This document shows, one piece after another, positions 37,693-61,305 of a stretch of 64,000 nucleotides of DNA. Under the pieces are notes generated by a model that saw only the letters and a list, made by a program, of their open reading frames with translations, did not search any database and was not told where the DNA came from. Numbering within the stretch: the first letter of the stretch is position 1; each line of letters begins with the position of its first letter. The stretch comes from the human T2T-CHM13v2.0 reference genome, Homo sapiens: the NCBI RefSeq assembly GCF_009914755.1, contig NC_060928.1; one strand, written 5' to 3'. The translations under genes and the position numbers were made by a program.

Positions 37693-40600
37693 CATCGTTT
37701 TGACTTTCCAGAAAGATTAGACTTAAATTATACTACGCTTGTCCAAAAACTAATTTGTGTTACAAAAACTGAATTGTAGAAGTGTTTTTCCTCAATTTTT
37801 AAAAATTATGAAAGTAATAATGTAACCATATTGTAGAAAGTAAAGGAGAGAATTGCTGTATTTAGTAGTTTGTTTCTCTTTAGTTTTTTTGGGGGGGGGG
37901 AGTATGAAAAATAACTTTGCAATCATGGGTCAGAAAATTAAGGATAGAAATAATAGTTTTAATTTATTCTCAGTTAAGATGGAGTATATGTATTTTCAAA
38001 ATGAAGTATTTTCAAAAATAACATACACACTGTTATATACTTTATACATATTTTCCTGAAAGGTAGTAAAATAACCTAAATCCTTTTGAGTTAGATACTT
38101 TCTTTTGAAATACAAATTAAAAGTGACATATTTAAATGTATTTGCTTATAATCAGTATGTAGATTGATTAACATGAGTGTTTTCTTTCAGCAGTTGGTTT
38201 CAGAAAATTAAAATACACATGGGCTTAGAATGATTAATAATTAGTTAGAATTACTGAGTATCTATACTGGCTATACCCATTGCTCTTTGTGTTCAGCTGA
38301 AATCGTCATCACTTTACAAAGTGATCTAATTTTGACTGACTTTAGGCAATGAAATTAGGTTGTGATTATTTGCATTGGTAAAGATCTGTCTCTTAAAAAG
38401 CCTTTAAGAAGTTGGGTAGACTGCTTCATTGCCTTTATTGAAAACGGGTGTACTATAAAGGCATATGTGAAAATACAGATATCCAAATAGTGGCATCTTT
38501 GTTATACCCCAAGGGTTTCTTTAACTAAAATATTTGGTACTTTAAAAAAATATGTAATTTAGAAGTAATTTCTCAGGAATACATTTGTCATGTTAAGATA
38601 TACTGTTGTAACTGCTTCTTTACAAAGAAACCCTCACAGACACCTTTCTGGAGAGTATAGAGGAAAACAGTGCCTCCATACCTATTTCATCAGTTGCGGA
38701 AGCTTTGCTGAGTGAATATGGATTTTAGCATGGTTACTGGCACCCTCCAAATCTCTAGAATATGTTGTTATACTAACAATGTTATTACTAAATGCTGCAT
38801 GCAGTTATTTACCATATAGGAGCACTGTCTTTTTCTTATTATGAGGATGATATATTTAATACCCTTTTAAAGTTTTTTATGATTTTAAATTTTAAAGTTG
38901 TAGGACTTAAAACAATTACATTTCTGGTCAGTGCTAAGTAAAAGATAGGTGCTTATATATTCTATTTGTCTTATTATTTTCTTAAATGTTTATATTCTCC
39001 TAACTGCTTTTAAAATTAGCACTGTTTGGCTGCCTTGATCTACAGTGAAACTTAGGTCTTTTTCCTCTCCCATTTGCACAAACTCATTTTTCTTTGATCT
39101 GCAGATATGTTTTTTATACTTATGTATGTCTCCTCCAACCTTCTTTCATAATCTAATTTGTTTATTAAACCTTGTTTAATACTTACTAAATTATTAAATT
39201 TTTTATTTTTTTAAGCTTTGTTTAATTTTCTCATTTATTTTGCCGTTTTTGAGTTGTAATCACTTACTCGGTTGTACTATAACCTAGTAGTGAACAGTCA
39301 TTACCTCACACAAAATAAGAACATTTTTTACCCAAATTATTAACAATGCCAGCTAGCCTGAGAACCCTGTGCAATCCCTTTTGCTAAGAATCAGCCACCT
39401 TTTCATTGTGTGTTTTAACCATTGGTGCTTGCTTAATTTATTCATTCTGTTAATAAGCTAATAGCATGAACCAAACATTCCAGTTTAAGATGTCAAAGGA
39501 CCCAAATCAAAAACCCCTTAGAAAAGGTTTTATATTCCCCTTCTCGCTCATCAGTTATTACTTTTCCTTGATTCTCAAGACTTATTACTCTTTCATGGAA
39601 GGTAATTGAGTTAGTAGGGGATTTGCTACTTTCCTGAGGCCTTGATGTTTTTTGTCAGTTTTACCACATTCAAAGGCTTTTTAGAGTTTTTCTCCCCTGC
39701 CCACTAGTCTTTAGCAGTAAATGGACATCTGATAATCTGTGACATTTGATGTTGCTCCTTTTCTTAAGGGTACACATAAAATTTCATTACACAGAATTCC
39801 ATAGGACATTCTGGGTTTTACTGCAGTAGAATTTTTTTATCCTTTTTGTAATTGATATTTTCCTGGAGGTTAACAATTCTAGTTTTCTGGAACTGTAATT
39901 TCCAGGAAAATATCCAGAAAAGTTTAGGAGAAAATTAGTAGGCCTCAAACTTTTTGGAATCAGCTGTTAGTGAAGTTATTTGCTTCAGTTTTGGTAGAGT
40001 TTTTTTTAGCAGTTTTAATTTTTCTGGGAGATTGTTTAATCTGATTAAAACAAGTTAAAAAAAGATAATGAAAACCATAAAAACCCCTTGCCTACCCCTC
40101 TCTTCATCAACTATGATACAAACTATGCAGATATTTTTTACATGTAAAGTATCCTGAAAGCATTTCAGGCAAACCAGCAAGGCCTATGTAAATAATTTTT
40201 ATTGTACAGAAGATACATTCTTTTTGAGATAATTAATGTCATTGCAGTTGGCTGTAACCTATTTTAATAACTTTTTTCTGTTTCCTCTCTATTCCTGCTT
40301 TTCCACTGAAAAACAAGTATTGATAGATTGACAAAACCAAGTTGAAAGTACAGCCATAGTAGAGGTTAAACTAAAGTATTTCACTATAGCTCATTTACTT
40401 GAACCACCCAGTTTTATAGAATAATAGAAGAAATGCTATTTAACCAACAAAGAGCATGTCAGTGAATTATTCAGCTAATAATTATGTATAGAATATTTCA
40501 CTTAGAAAATGTTTCCTACTGAGTTCATTATATTTTTTAAACTTAGATTAATGATCCATTAGCAGGATAGTGGGTCATTACCAGCACTCAAAAACCCAAA

Positions 40601-41061
40601 ATAAAAATAGAATAGTGTAGAAAAGATCAGCATATGTTGCACACAGTAAGTGTTCTGTGAAACTTTTGCTTCACATAAGTTATGGATATGGAATATGTAT
40701 TTGTCGCAGTACAAATACCTGATTAAAGTGAAAATTTGAAAGTCATCACCATAGTTCCCAGCCATAAGGAAAATCTACGTAATGTTTTCACACTATGATA
40801 AAAATAGTAACTATGATTTATTGACTACCTATTACATAATTAGCACTTTTACACAGTAGCTTTTCCTTACTGTAAATCTTTTAGATTAGATATCACCCCA
40901 GTTTTATAGATCAAGAAATAGGTTCAGAGAGGTTATGACTTATCCAAGCCTGGATCCATACCCAAGTCTAACTGGCTTCAAAGCTCCAGACTCTCTCTTT
41001 ATACCAAAATGATAATGAAACAAAGTATAACTTGGATTCAATCCAGAGGAATCATCTCTAA

Positions 41062-42405
<1,344 letters not shown>

Positions 42406-42414
42406 CTTTTGTAA

Positions 42415-42639
<225 letters not shown>

Positions 42640-42767
42640 TAAAACAACTTCAGTAATTTTAATGAATCAACAATAATATAAGGTACATGTTTTTAGAATG
42701 GAAGAGGCAGTGTGTATATGTTACATTGTGATCGTATGAAAACAGGCAGCTTAAATAAGCTTCCTAA

Positions 42768-42981
42768 GCTGGGCACAGTGGCACATACCGGTAGTCCCAG
42801 CTACTCAGGATGCTGAGGCAGAAGGATCACTTGAGCCCAGGAATTTGAGGCCAGTCTGGGCAACATAATGATACCCTGTTTCAAATCAAAACAAAACCAA
42901 ACATATATATATATAATATATATATATATATATAATATATATTATATATATATATATATATAATATATATTATATATATAT
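42768..42981 (+). repeat. FLAM monomer whose tail has become an ~80-bp interrupted (TA)n tract (42903-42981)
   Basis: FLAM body, TA tract and flanking gcttccta duplication. Confidence 0.9.
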
Positions 42982-43739
42982 GCGCTTCCTATACATTTTT
43001 TAATTTCTTACGGCAAAATAATCACTACAAATCAAAGTCAGTGGTCTCTTCTGGTTCAGCATTGGCATTACAAAGAAGCAGGTGTAACTAAACTTAAATG
43101 TATATCATAAAATGAAGGTAGAGCTTTCTTTTATTTCTTTTTTCATCATTGGGCTCTTAAAATTCACTCAGATAGGACCATCGTCTTCCATTTCTCATTC
43201 TTATGTAGGTATCAGAGTTGACAGTGCTAAACACCTGAAATTATCTTCACAGTTTGTGAGAAATCTAAGTCAAGGGTCTGTGCCAATGAGCCAAAATCTG
43301 ACCTTTATGGGACCATGTGGGTAGTACTTTTCAAATACTTGGCTTAAGCCCAGCAGCTTTGTATACCTTTGTGGAATCCTGAATTCAGCATTTTGGCTCA
43401 CACTGTTGAGATAGGATAGTCCCCCAACCTCCACATTATTCTGCTTATTTCAGAAAGAAGACTATCATGGTCCTACCACAAAAATACAAGTATTATTAGA
43501 ATGCTTGTGTTTCTTCATAGTCTCCTTTACTGTGCATGTGTTGCATATACATTCTATTTTATTGGGTAGATATATGTGGTATACCTCTATTGTTCTCTTT
43601 CTTTGGATGGTTAAGCTAATCCCCTTAGCATTATTATTTTTTGAATAACAGTATCTCAAGTAGCTGTTCCCATTCTTCTAATAAAGTGCCACACCCTCTG
43701 CATATATATCTTGTTTGCCTTTTATATTTAAATAAGTAG

Positions 43740-43907
<168 letters not shown>

Positions 43908-44209
43908 TAATCTCTCTGTAAGAATACTTAACTACTTTTTTCACCAAGAGAAATAATTGGGTATTTATACACACTGTTTTTTAAATCATTATGAATCTGG
44001 GTCAGAAACAACTTATCTTAAAATTTATTTAGGCTGCTTGGCATTCAGTAACTAGTTTCACATCTGTAGCTTGGAATAACTTTTTAAGAAATATGTTTTA
44101 ATAAAATCATATACATTCCATCGTCATTTTTGGATTTCATTTCATATCTCTGCATTTCTGAGCAAGCAGTGGTCTCAGTGGAGATTCTAACATGTTTAAA
44201 ATGTATTTT

Positions 44210-44495
44210 GGCTAGGCGTTTTGGTTCATGGCCTATATTCCCAGCACTTTGGCAGGCCAAAGTGGGCAGATCACTGCAGCTCATGAGTTCGAGACAAGCC
44301 AGGGCAACATAGTGAGACCCCATCTCTTAAAAAAAAAAATCAGTCAGATGTGGTGGCACTGTATTCCCAGCTACTTGGGGGACTGAGATATGAGGAACAC
44401 TTGAGCCTGAAAGGTTGGAGCTGCAGTGAGCTGTGATTGTGACGCTGTACTCCAGTATGGACAACAGGGCAAGACCCTATCTCAAAATAAAGAAA
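44210..44495 (+). mobile_element. AluJ
   Basis: Diverged dimeric Alu. Confidence 0.85.
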
Positions 44496-45545
44496 GATGT
44501 ATTTACTAGGGGCTAAATAAAAATACTTATTTTGTAACTTGTAATACAATATGAGATTAAGTTAAATAAAAATTAATATGGGTGTATTGTAAAATACTGT
44601 AGTTTAAACTAGAAACAAAGGGATAGCTACCTCATGTTATAATTTGCCAGATAAACATGTATATGCTGAAAGACAGTTATTAATAAATATATTCATTTAA
44701 TAGCAAATGAAGGCAGTATCTTTAAGAAAGAAAAATTAGACTTGTTTGTTTTACCATTTAGATTAGAACCTGGATTTAAAGTTCTAATCTAGGTCCTTTG
44801 TAACCTGGATTTAAGTTGCTTTGTAACCTGGCAAAGTTTGTAGGGATTTTTGCATGTGGAAACTAAGTAGCTTTTCTAAGTGAAAATATTAAGAAAGCAA
44901 ACATGAGAAATGCAAATCAACATGAATCAACAAAAAAGATAAGAAGCAGACTTACTTAGGGGTTTGGTTGAAAGAATTACTCATTTTCATGAACTAATTT
45001 TTCTTGCAAATAATCACTTCATGTTTGAGACACTCTTTTCTGCTTAGTTATTGGATGTGCCTTAAGTTGCTCTTTAATTTGAACACAATGTTGAATACAG
45101 TGTTTGAGTTTGCTGGCTGGCTCTAAGCTTTCAAAAATATTAGAAGGCATATGTGCAGTAATTGGTATTGGCATTGTAAATCTAGATGTTTATACCCAGG
45201 GCCAGGCTAGGCTGAGGTAACATTGCTGCCTAAGGTCATACGCTTGCTGAGAGTGAGTGGCTTTTTAAATGTAGCACTCCATATACCTTGCTTGCCTCAC
45301 CATAGTCCCATTCCTGTTTCTGCAGTCATCCCTGTTTAGCCTTTTGTATAAATCCTGCAATTCTGGAGAAATGGTTAAATTAGGCCTTGAAGAACATTCT
45401 AATAGAATGCATATGCAGGAGTAAATAGCTAAATATGTGTATTTATTTCTTATTTTAGAAATCTCTTGCTGTTGAAATGTCTAATAAATTCACAGTAAGA
45501 ACCTTTTTTTGACCAGTTACAACATGACTTTTTTTCTTTCCTTAG

Positions 45546-45746
<201 letters not shown>

Positions 45747-46962
45747 ACATCACTAAACAAGCAAATGGAATGACTTTGGACCATATCTAGTATATAATAT
45801 TTTTGTCACGCACCTGCTGCATTGCTCTAACTTACACAGAATGAGAGGAGTAAATGTTCTTGCCTTCAAATAGTGTTTTACGTTTTTTATCCTGCTGAAA
45901 AAGTATATATAAAATATCTAACATTACAGGATAGAGGTTCAGTTTCTTAAAAAATTAAAGCTGCTAAAATTGAGTGGTTAAAAAAGATACCTTATCCTAT
46001 TCCTCCCCACCCACCCATGTTTTTAAACTAATTTATATAAAATCTGGAGGCTGTTACAGCTAACAAAGCAGGTGTGTGGCAGAAATATTACTTTAAATTT
46101 GTCTTGTGAGATTTTACTATATCTCAGACAGCATAAATGCTGTTTTAGCACTGGATTCTTTCACTGAGCACAAAGAGTTGTTGGGGCTTTAGCATCTGAC
46201 TGATTTTGTTACGGGGTTGATTCTGACCATAGGAAGTATGCAATGTGAATCACTATTTACAGAGAAACCTACAACAGATGCTTGATGTTGTAGAAACTGG
46301 GACATATAGATACCAAGCAAAATTATAAGAAACCTATAAGGTGTTCAATACGCTTGTGTTTCCAAAATTCACTGTACATGATCAGTTTGGTGTTCTTGTA
46401 CCACAGTTTTTAACTGAAGGAACCAGTTGTAACAGTCTCAATTTTAACTAAAACTTGAAGAACTAAAACAACAATGCAAACCTTTCAGCATTGTTTGGCC
46501 AAACTTGTTAAAACTGTAATGCAAGAACCAAATGCACTGTGATGTGGCACCAACTAATTAGCAAGCATGAATTTTTCACCCAAGAGTGAAAAAAGGAAAA
46601 TCTACCATGGCTTGAAGTTAAAGAGCAGAACTCCTGACTACCATTCTATGACTGATCAAAAGACTAATAGTTAAAAACCTCAGCAGGCCTTGTTCACGAT
46701 ATGCAGAAAAAAAAGTGCTGCAGTTTAGATACCTCTGGAATTTTTCCACAGTGTCACAGGTTTGTAATACTTGAAGCCCTACATTTCTAAGAATATATTT
46801 CTTGCTCAGTTGTTTCAGGCAAGCCCAAGACTTTGTAATTTTTAAAGGGCCCAAGATTTTTTTTTTTTTTTTTTTTTTCAAATAACAGACCAGCTTCTTT
46901 TTCTTGCAGTTACAGATGTAATTTCCTTTTTGTTGTCAAACATAAGGTACCAAATATGATGC

Positions 46963-46968
46963 AATAAA
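46963..46968 (+). terminator. Proximal polyadenylation signal candidate
   Basis: AATAAA with upstream TGTA and a T22 tract, and downstream GT-rich sequence (gttgtgtg, ctgtgttgg). Confidence 0.65.
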
Positions 46969-48426
46969 TTGTTTTGAAAAACAGTTGTGTGAATATTTCA
47001 ACTAATCTGTGTTGGGCTTCTGTGAAACACACAGGTGGAAACAGAGGTGCAAGCCAGAGGCAATGTAATATGCTGTAAGGCTAGTGCAGATGGGAGCTTT
47101 TTAGAAGGGGCTAAGTGCTGGTGTCAGGGAAATTCCATAATGAAGTAGAATGCTGCTCCTGCATTAAGATTTCATTGAGGGCAAGGCTGGTGGCAGGTAC
47201 TATGAATGTAATTCATAATTTAAAAGGAAAACTAAAAACTATTTTGATTTGGGAAAATGAGCCTTAATTTGTTAAACCTATACACTGAGAACTAGCCTCA
47301 GGCTTAATATTCTCATTGCATTTGCAAGATCTGAGCAAATAAGATTAAGTAAAACAAATCAATTGTATATATAATTGACCTTTTTGTGGAACATGTAGTT
47401 TATAGAAAGTATACTCTAAAGGGAATTTGCCGAAGACCTTTTACTGATTGAACAGTTGTGCTACAATCAACTTTTCATAGTACATGACCTGCATTCCACA
47501 TCTCAGTCTAACAGTTTAGTAGTGATGTAAAGAGAAGTACAAACCGAACTCCAGTGCTTTGTTATGTTTTATTAACTGGCCCTGTCTCAGGAACATCTTA
47601 ACAGATGGCAAAAAAACAAAAACTTTTTTTCAACTCCTATGAGTGGCAACTGAAGTTCTTATTGTTGGGAAAGAACACTAGTCCTACCTCTGCCACTAAT
47701 GAGGTGTTTGGAGGAGGTACCAGCCATATAATAGGGGGTGTATGTGTGAATTTTGTTTAAACTCTACTGTATATTGAAATGAAATTCATTTATTTGTCTT
47801 GACAATGTTCAAATGATGTAGATTGTCTTAGAATGAATATTCATAAGTACTCAGAACTCTTAAGATGCAGATGCCACCCGTGAGGAGCTAAATTCCTAAT
47901 GTGTATTGTATTCCAACCCAATTTTACTGGAACTATTGAATAAATCTTTTATTTTCTTTCAGGTTTACTTGATAGTGGATACATTGGTGTCAGAGGACCT
48001 TGACTGGGTTCATTTTATGTCCAGACATCACCCCTGAAACACTGTACTGTACTATCTTGCTCTGAGTAGTATCAACTGGATCGTCTCATATTTGCCTCAT
48101 TCATCCTATTAATTTCAAATGATACTGTGGGGGAAAAACAGGGTTAGAAAAACAAGTGGAAAAAATGGAGTGATGTTGTAATCTAAACAAGTGCCTTATG
48201 TTTATTGCTAAGAACTGGTGTTACCAACCCTTTTGAGAAGAAAGGGTCTCTTGACCTGTATTAACATAGGAAAGTAAAGTTCTTTTTGTTTTTCTTTATA
48301 TTCAGCTACTCTTGTCATTTCTCGTTGAAAAACTAAAATCTGACTAGGTTAGTTTACTCAGCTTTAATTAGATAGTTGAGTCATATATTTTCAACATTTT
48401 TCTGTATCGTATTTATTATGCACAAA

Positions 48427-48432
48427 AATAAA
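48427..48432 (+). terminator. Polyadenylation signal candidate
   Basis: AATAAA with upstream TGTA and downstream GT/T-rich sequence. Confidence 0.6.
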
Positions 48433-49024
48433 GTGTGATCTCTAATAGCATGGCTAAAGGTAATGCCAATATTAGTGAATAGCTTTGCTGTGGGCTTTAT
48501 CAGGCCCTTGTTTTTCACAGTGTTGTTTGTACTCCATGGTGTATTGCTATTAGAGCTGTGAAATGAAAGCTGTGACTTTATGAAGAGATCAAAAAAAGTG
48601 TGGTCCAGATTCAGGTAGGTTGTGGTAAGTTCAGGGAAGTCTTGTATGATTTCTAAGAATATTTCAGTTACCATGTATAGTATTTGGGAAAAGCTGTAAT
48701 GTAAAATATTGGACTTTGTTGCAAGATAGGTATATACTTGTGTCAGATAATTAAAGCCTTAAATTTTGAAATGAATCTTTGAGATTTCAAAGAAAGACTG
48801 ACCTTTCAAATAGAAGGCGGTCTTTCTATTCTAGCTAATGCCCCACTTCTTTAAGTTATAAACAAAGTTTCATGATACCATTCTGCTATCATCTAAACTT
48901 TGCTGAACTCTACTGCCAACCTACATTAAAAACAAAGTCCCACGAAATGGCTGTGTTACACCATAGTGAGCAGAAACTTAAATTTTGTTCTAATTTTGAT
49001 GGTTGAAAAATTTCAACCTGTAGC

Positions 49025-49030
49025 AATAAA
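49025..49030 (+). terminator. Distal polyadenylation signal candidate
   Basis: AATAAA preceded by TGTA and followed by a T-rich element (cttttaccttttag). Confidence 0.6.
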
Positions 49031-49148
49031 ACATTTTTGGAAAAGATTACTGAATTGCACTTTTACCTTTTAGTATGCAATCTGAGATCGTTGTTGAAAT
49101 TAAAATATTGGTAATGTACAGGAGGTTCTGGAGAAAATAATGCTGGTG

Positions 49149-49659
49149 TTTTTTGTTTTGTTTTGTTTTTGAGACGGAGTTTTGCTCTTGCTGCCCAGGC
49201 TGGAGTGCAATGGCGCGATCTCGGCTCACCGCAACCTCAGCCTCCTGGGTAGCTGGGGCTACAGGCGTGCGTCACCACGTCCGGCTAATTTTGTATTTTT
49301 AGTAGAGACGAGGTTTCTCCATGTTGATCAGGCTGGTCTCTAACTCCCGACCTGAGGTGATCCGCCCACCTCGGCCTCCCAAGGTGCTGGAATTACAGGT
49401 GTGAGCCACCGCACCCAGCCAATAATGCTGTTTTAATAAATCAGAAGAGTATCTTTTATGTACTGTCTTGGTTATATACTATATTCAAACCTGCTGCCTC
49501 CATCAGGACACACCTCCTCTTTTGTTGTTGCTGTTTTGTTATAGAGATGGGATCTCACTATGTTGTCCAGGCTGATTGTGAACTCCTGGCTTCAAGCAAT
49601 CCTCCCACCTCAGCCTCCTGAACAGCTGCGATTATAGGAACAACCTACCATGCCCAGCT
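49149..49659 (-). mobile_element. AluSp-like (~49149-49420, TSD aataatgctg) and FLAM (~49519-49659, TSD aggacacacc)
   Basis: Antisense Alu bodies with target-site duplications. Confidence 0.88.
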
Positions 49660-51953
49660 TAGGACACACCCCCTTTTATGAAGATAGGGAGAGGGAGCAG
49701 CATATTATAGGAAAGAAGATCTAAAAGTTTCTAGTGCCTCAGTTTATCCAGTTGCCTTTGAAACAATGCTCTCTTGGGATTGTAACCAGAAGAAAGAAAA
49801 AACTGGTACTATATAAATTAGAACTTTTACTAACTCGTAGTCTTAAATTCTATGTGCCAAAACCAAAATATAGACTTTGATTCAAGGGTGCTTGTACCGA
49901 AAGTAAAGTTGCTACTTGGCAATCTAACAAAACTATACTGTGGTTCTTACATTTTAAAAATTAGGCCTTTGTCCCTAGTTTAAGGGTCTGCATTATCTAA
50001 TAAAAGTGGTATAATTCTTCCTAACTGAAAAAAAGTTGGTAGTGGTGAAGATGTGATGGAAAATTTTCTCTGTGATACAAAGGTTTCTGCTGTTGCTTAA
50101 TCTTCAACTAGATCTCAATAAGTACAAATTACTCTCTCAATTAGAAACAAGGTAGGAAGTGAAGGGATTTTTGGAGTATGTTCTGGATCCCAAGGCTTGC
50201 TTTCTGCTAATACATTTATCTTCTGATTTAGTTACCATGCATTGTCTAACAAAAACAAGAAGCCTCTCTTCTTATTCTATGGCTATCTTCCCAATCTACC
50301 ATGGTTTCCCAACTTTGGGCTTTTATAAGTACTGCTTGTTTACTTTGATCTGCAAATTTACCAGGTTCATTGTCCAGTGATTAATGCCTCATCACAAATG
50401 GGATAGGAACTGGTTTCTTTCTAAAGTGGTCTTCCAAAGCTATCTGATATTTCTTCCTCAGTAGTGAAAAATTAAATGGGCTGCCACTTCTCATCTCTTT
50501 TCGAACTACTTATTTGCCTTCAAGTAATCATGCTGTCACTTGATATCTTTAAAAATGAAAAGGGAACCATTTAAAGAAGTAGATAATAACAAACCTGTCT
50601 CTTAGATTCTTCCTTTTCCTTTCAAGTTCTGAACTCTGGATTACTAAATACTGATTCATTCCTTCAGTGACTTAATGCATTTACTATGCATTAACAATAA
50701 AAGTATTTAGAAACGTATTTAACTAGCATTATTGTACAACTAACATTTGTTTGGGAGTTCATAGAAAAGGACCTACGAATAAGCCAGTTGCTTCACTTAC
50801 ACCTTTTTATAACTTAAACAGTTTTAGTTAAAAAGCGTACTTGGTATTTCAAGCATTCCATTTCATGTCGGATTTCTCATTCACCTGCCAGGATGCTTTT
50901 TATTTGAGAGAAATGTCCATTTACGATATGAAATTAAATGTTTCAGACTCATCTATTTTTAATGTGATGTATGATATCTTAAGGGTTTACACTGGGTACA
51001 TTGTGGTATAAAGGTATAGTGACTACGACAGTATATACAGATTGTATAATAGCTATAAAAAAACTTAACTTTTAGGTCACCTGCCACAGCCACAATTTTT
51101 TATCCTTTATCTGTTGATGTAGAATATTCCCATTCATCTTCTTTTGTCCTTCTCTGTTGTTAAGGAATTCCTTCAAAATACTACCGATCCATTTTAGTCT
51201 GTTTATGCTAAGAATATATTGCTCACATCTAAATTTTGCTTTTTTCCTATAGTTTGTCAGAGGAATGGCTGTGAATGGATGCCTGGAAGGACCATCCTCT
51301 AATTTTCTCAGTTGCCTGTTCATTGTGGCATTGGTTGGCAGTGAATCTACTCATCCTTTATGTCTTGAGCAACCAGCCACCCAGGTAACATCATGCCGTT
51401 GGAATTAAGTTACTACAAGGATTGTCACTCAGTTTTTCCTCTTTCGGACAATATAAGGATACTGGTAACATACACAACTACTAGAAGGCTCTGTTTTTCA
51501 TAGCCCAGTGTCTCCACTTTTAATCATTACGAGAAGACAAAAGGTAGGGATAGGCTATGGTTCTTTCTAGACACTTGGCTCACAGTGTCCATCACAACCA
51601 ATAGCTGTGGCCCACAGTTAATCTCTACTGAGGCTAGGCAATTGAATCCTTTAAGTCATAAATTTAACATTGGTTGTGTATTAGAATCTGAGGTGAACTG
51701 TAGATAATAAACATTAATGCCCAGGCTCACTAGCAAAGATGTCTGATTTAAATTATCTGCAATCAGGACTAGGCATTGGTCCTCCTTCTTTATTTTCTGT
51801 CCTCTCTTTTCCTCCCCTCCTGTACTTCCTTTCCTCCCTTCCCCAGTGATTCTAAGGTACATCTAAAATTGAGAGCTATTGTCTGATGATGAAGTTGTTA
51901 AAAAATACTTTATACTATTGGTTTTTCTCCTCAGAAAGATCAGAGGACAGAGG

Positions 51954-53441
<1,488 letters not shown>

Positions 53442-53504
53442 AGGAATACTTTATAATTCTTTCCTAGATACTAACAGATCAAATTTGTCTTTTTTATTTT
53501 TTAG

Positions 53505-57010
<3,506 letters not shown>

Positions 57011-57437
57011 TGTTTATACTTGCTAGTACTTTATACTATTTTACCTTTCCCACAGTCAAGAAAACCACCCATCTGCCACTGTTTTTACATTCATTGAAAC
57101 CTTTAGTAGTGTTAACAAACTTGGCAAACTTCATAATGCCTCCATCCATCCAGTAGTTATTGAATGCCTGCTATCTCCAGGTGCTATACTTCACACTGGG
57201 GGTACATGACATTGTCCTTTCTCTCACATTTTTCACAAGCTCCTAAAGGAGACAGACAAGAAGTGAATGCAACAGCAATATCTAAACTCCTGGGAGTCAG
57301 CACTCATCTCTGTTTGGATAGGCTAGGAAGAGCTTCAGAGAATGTTGAATTTAGGTATGTGAAACAATAGTGTATTCAGGAGCTTTATGTAGCCTAGTAT
57401 AAACAGAATCTGAGAAATGAGACTGGGGCTCAGATTA

Positions 57438-60840
<3,403 letters not shown>

Positions 60841-61305
60841 TCTTATCCACTGCTTTCATTTTAGATAAACTTCCCACTAATTTTCCCTAAACCTTTAACT
60901 CCTGCTGGTGCTTGTTGGAGCTTACATATTTTCTGTACTTCTGCTCTCGTAGCACCCACTACACTGTATTCGAATGCTTAGTTGTATGTTTCCCTGACTA
61001 GACTAATCTCTATAGGGCAGGGATCAAGCAGATTGTTTTATTTTTGTTTTGCTTTTGAGTATGAGTGTGTGTGTTTGTGTAATATGGAAGAGCCTTGAGC
61101 ATGAGGTAGTCACAGGATACATAATCACCTGCTTGGGTTGAGGCATATAATTACCAGGGGCAGCATGGGCTGCACTATGGCAGTCACATTCACACTCCTA
61201 GGAAGGAGATGTAATTGGTTAGGGGCTTCTGTGTGTTCCTTGTAAGTCTACAAAAGAGAAATAGAACATTGTCAAGAATGTTTCAACAGTATACTCAGTA
61301 TTCAA

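Larger units (their letters stand above)
45747..49050 (+). other. NAA15: NAA15 3' UTR (longest plausible form; end approximate)
   Basis: Repeat-free, AU-rich sequence after the stop codon, with four AATAAA hexamers; the first Alu follows at ~49149. Confidence 0.75.

Noticed and set aside
40149-40156. GTATCCT resembling a U12-type donor
   Set aside because: Incomplete consensus, no matching upstream exon, and all traced introns are ordinary GT-AG.
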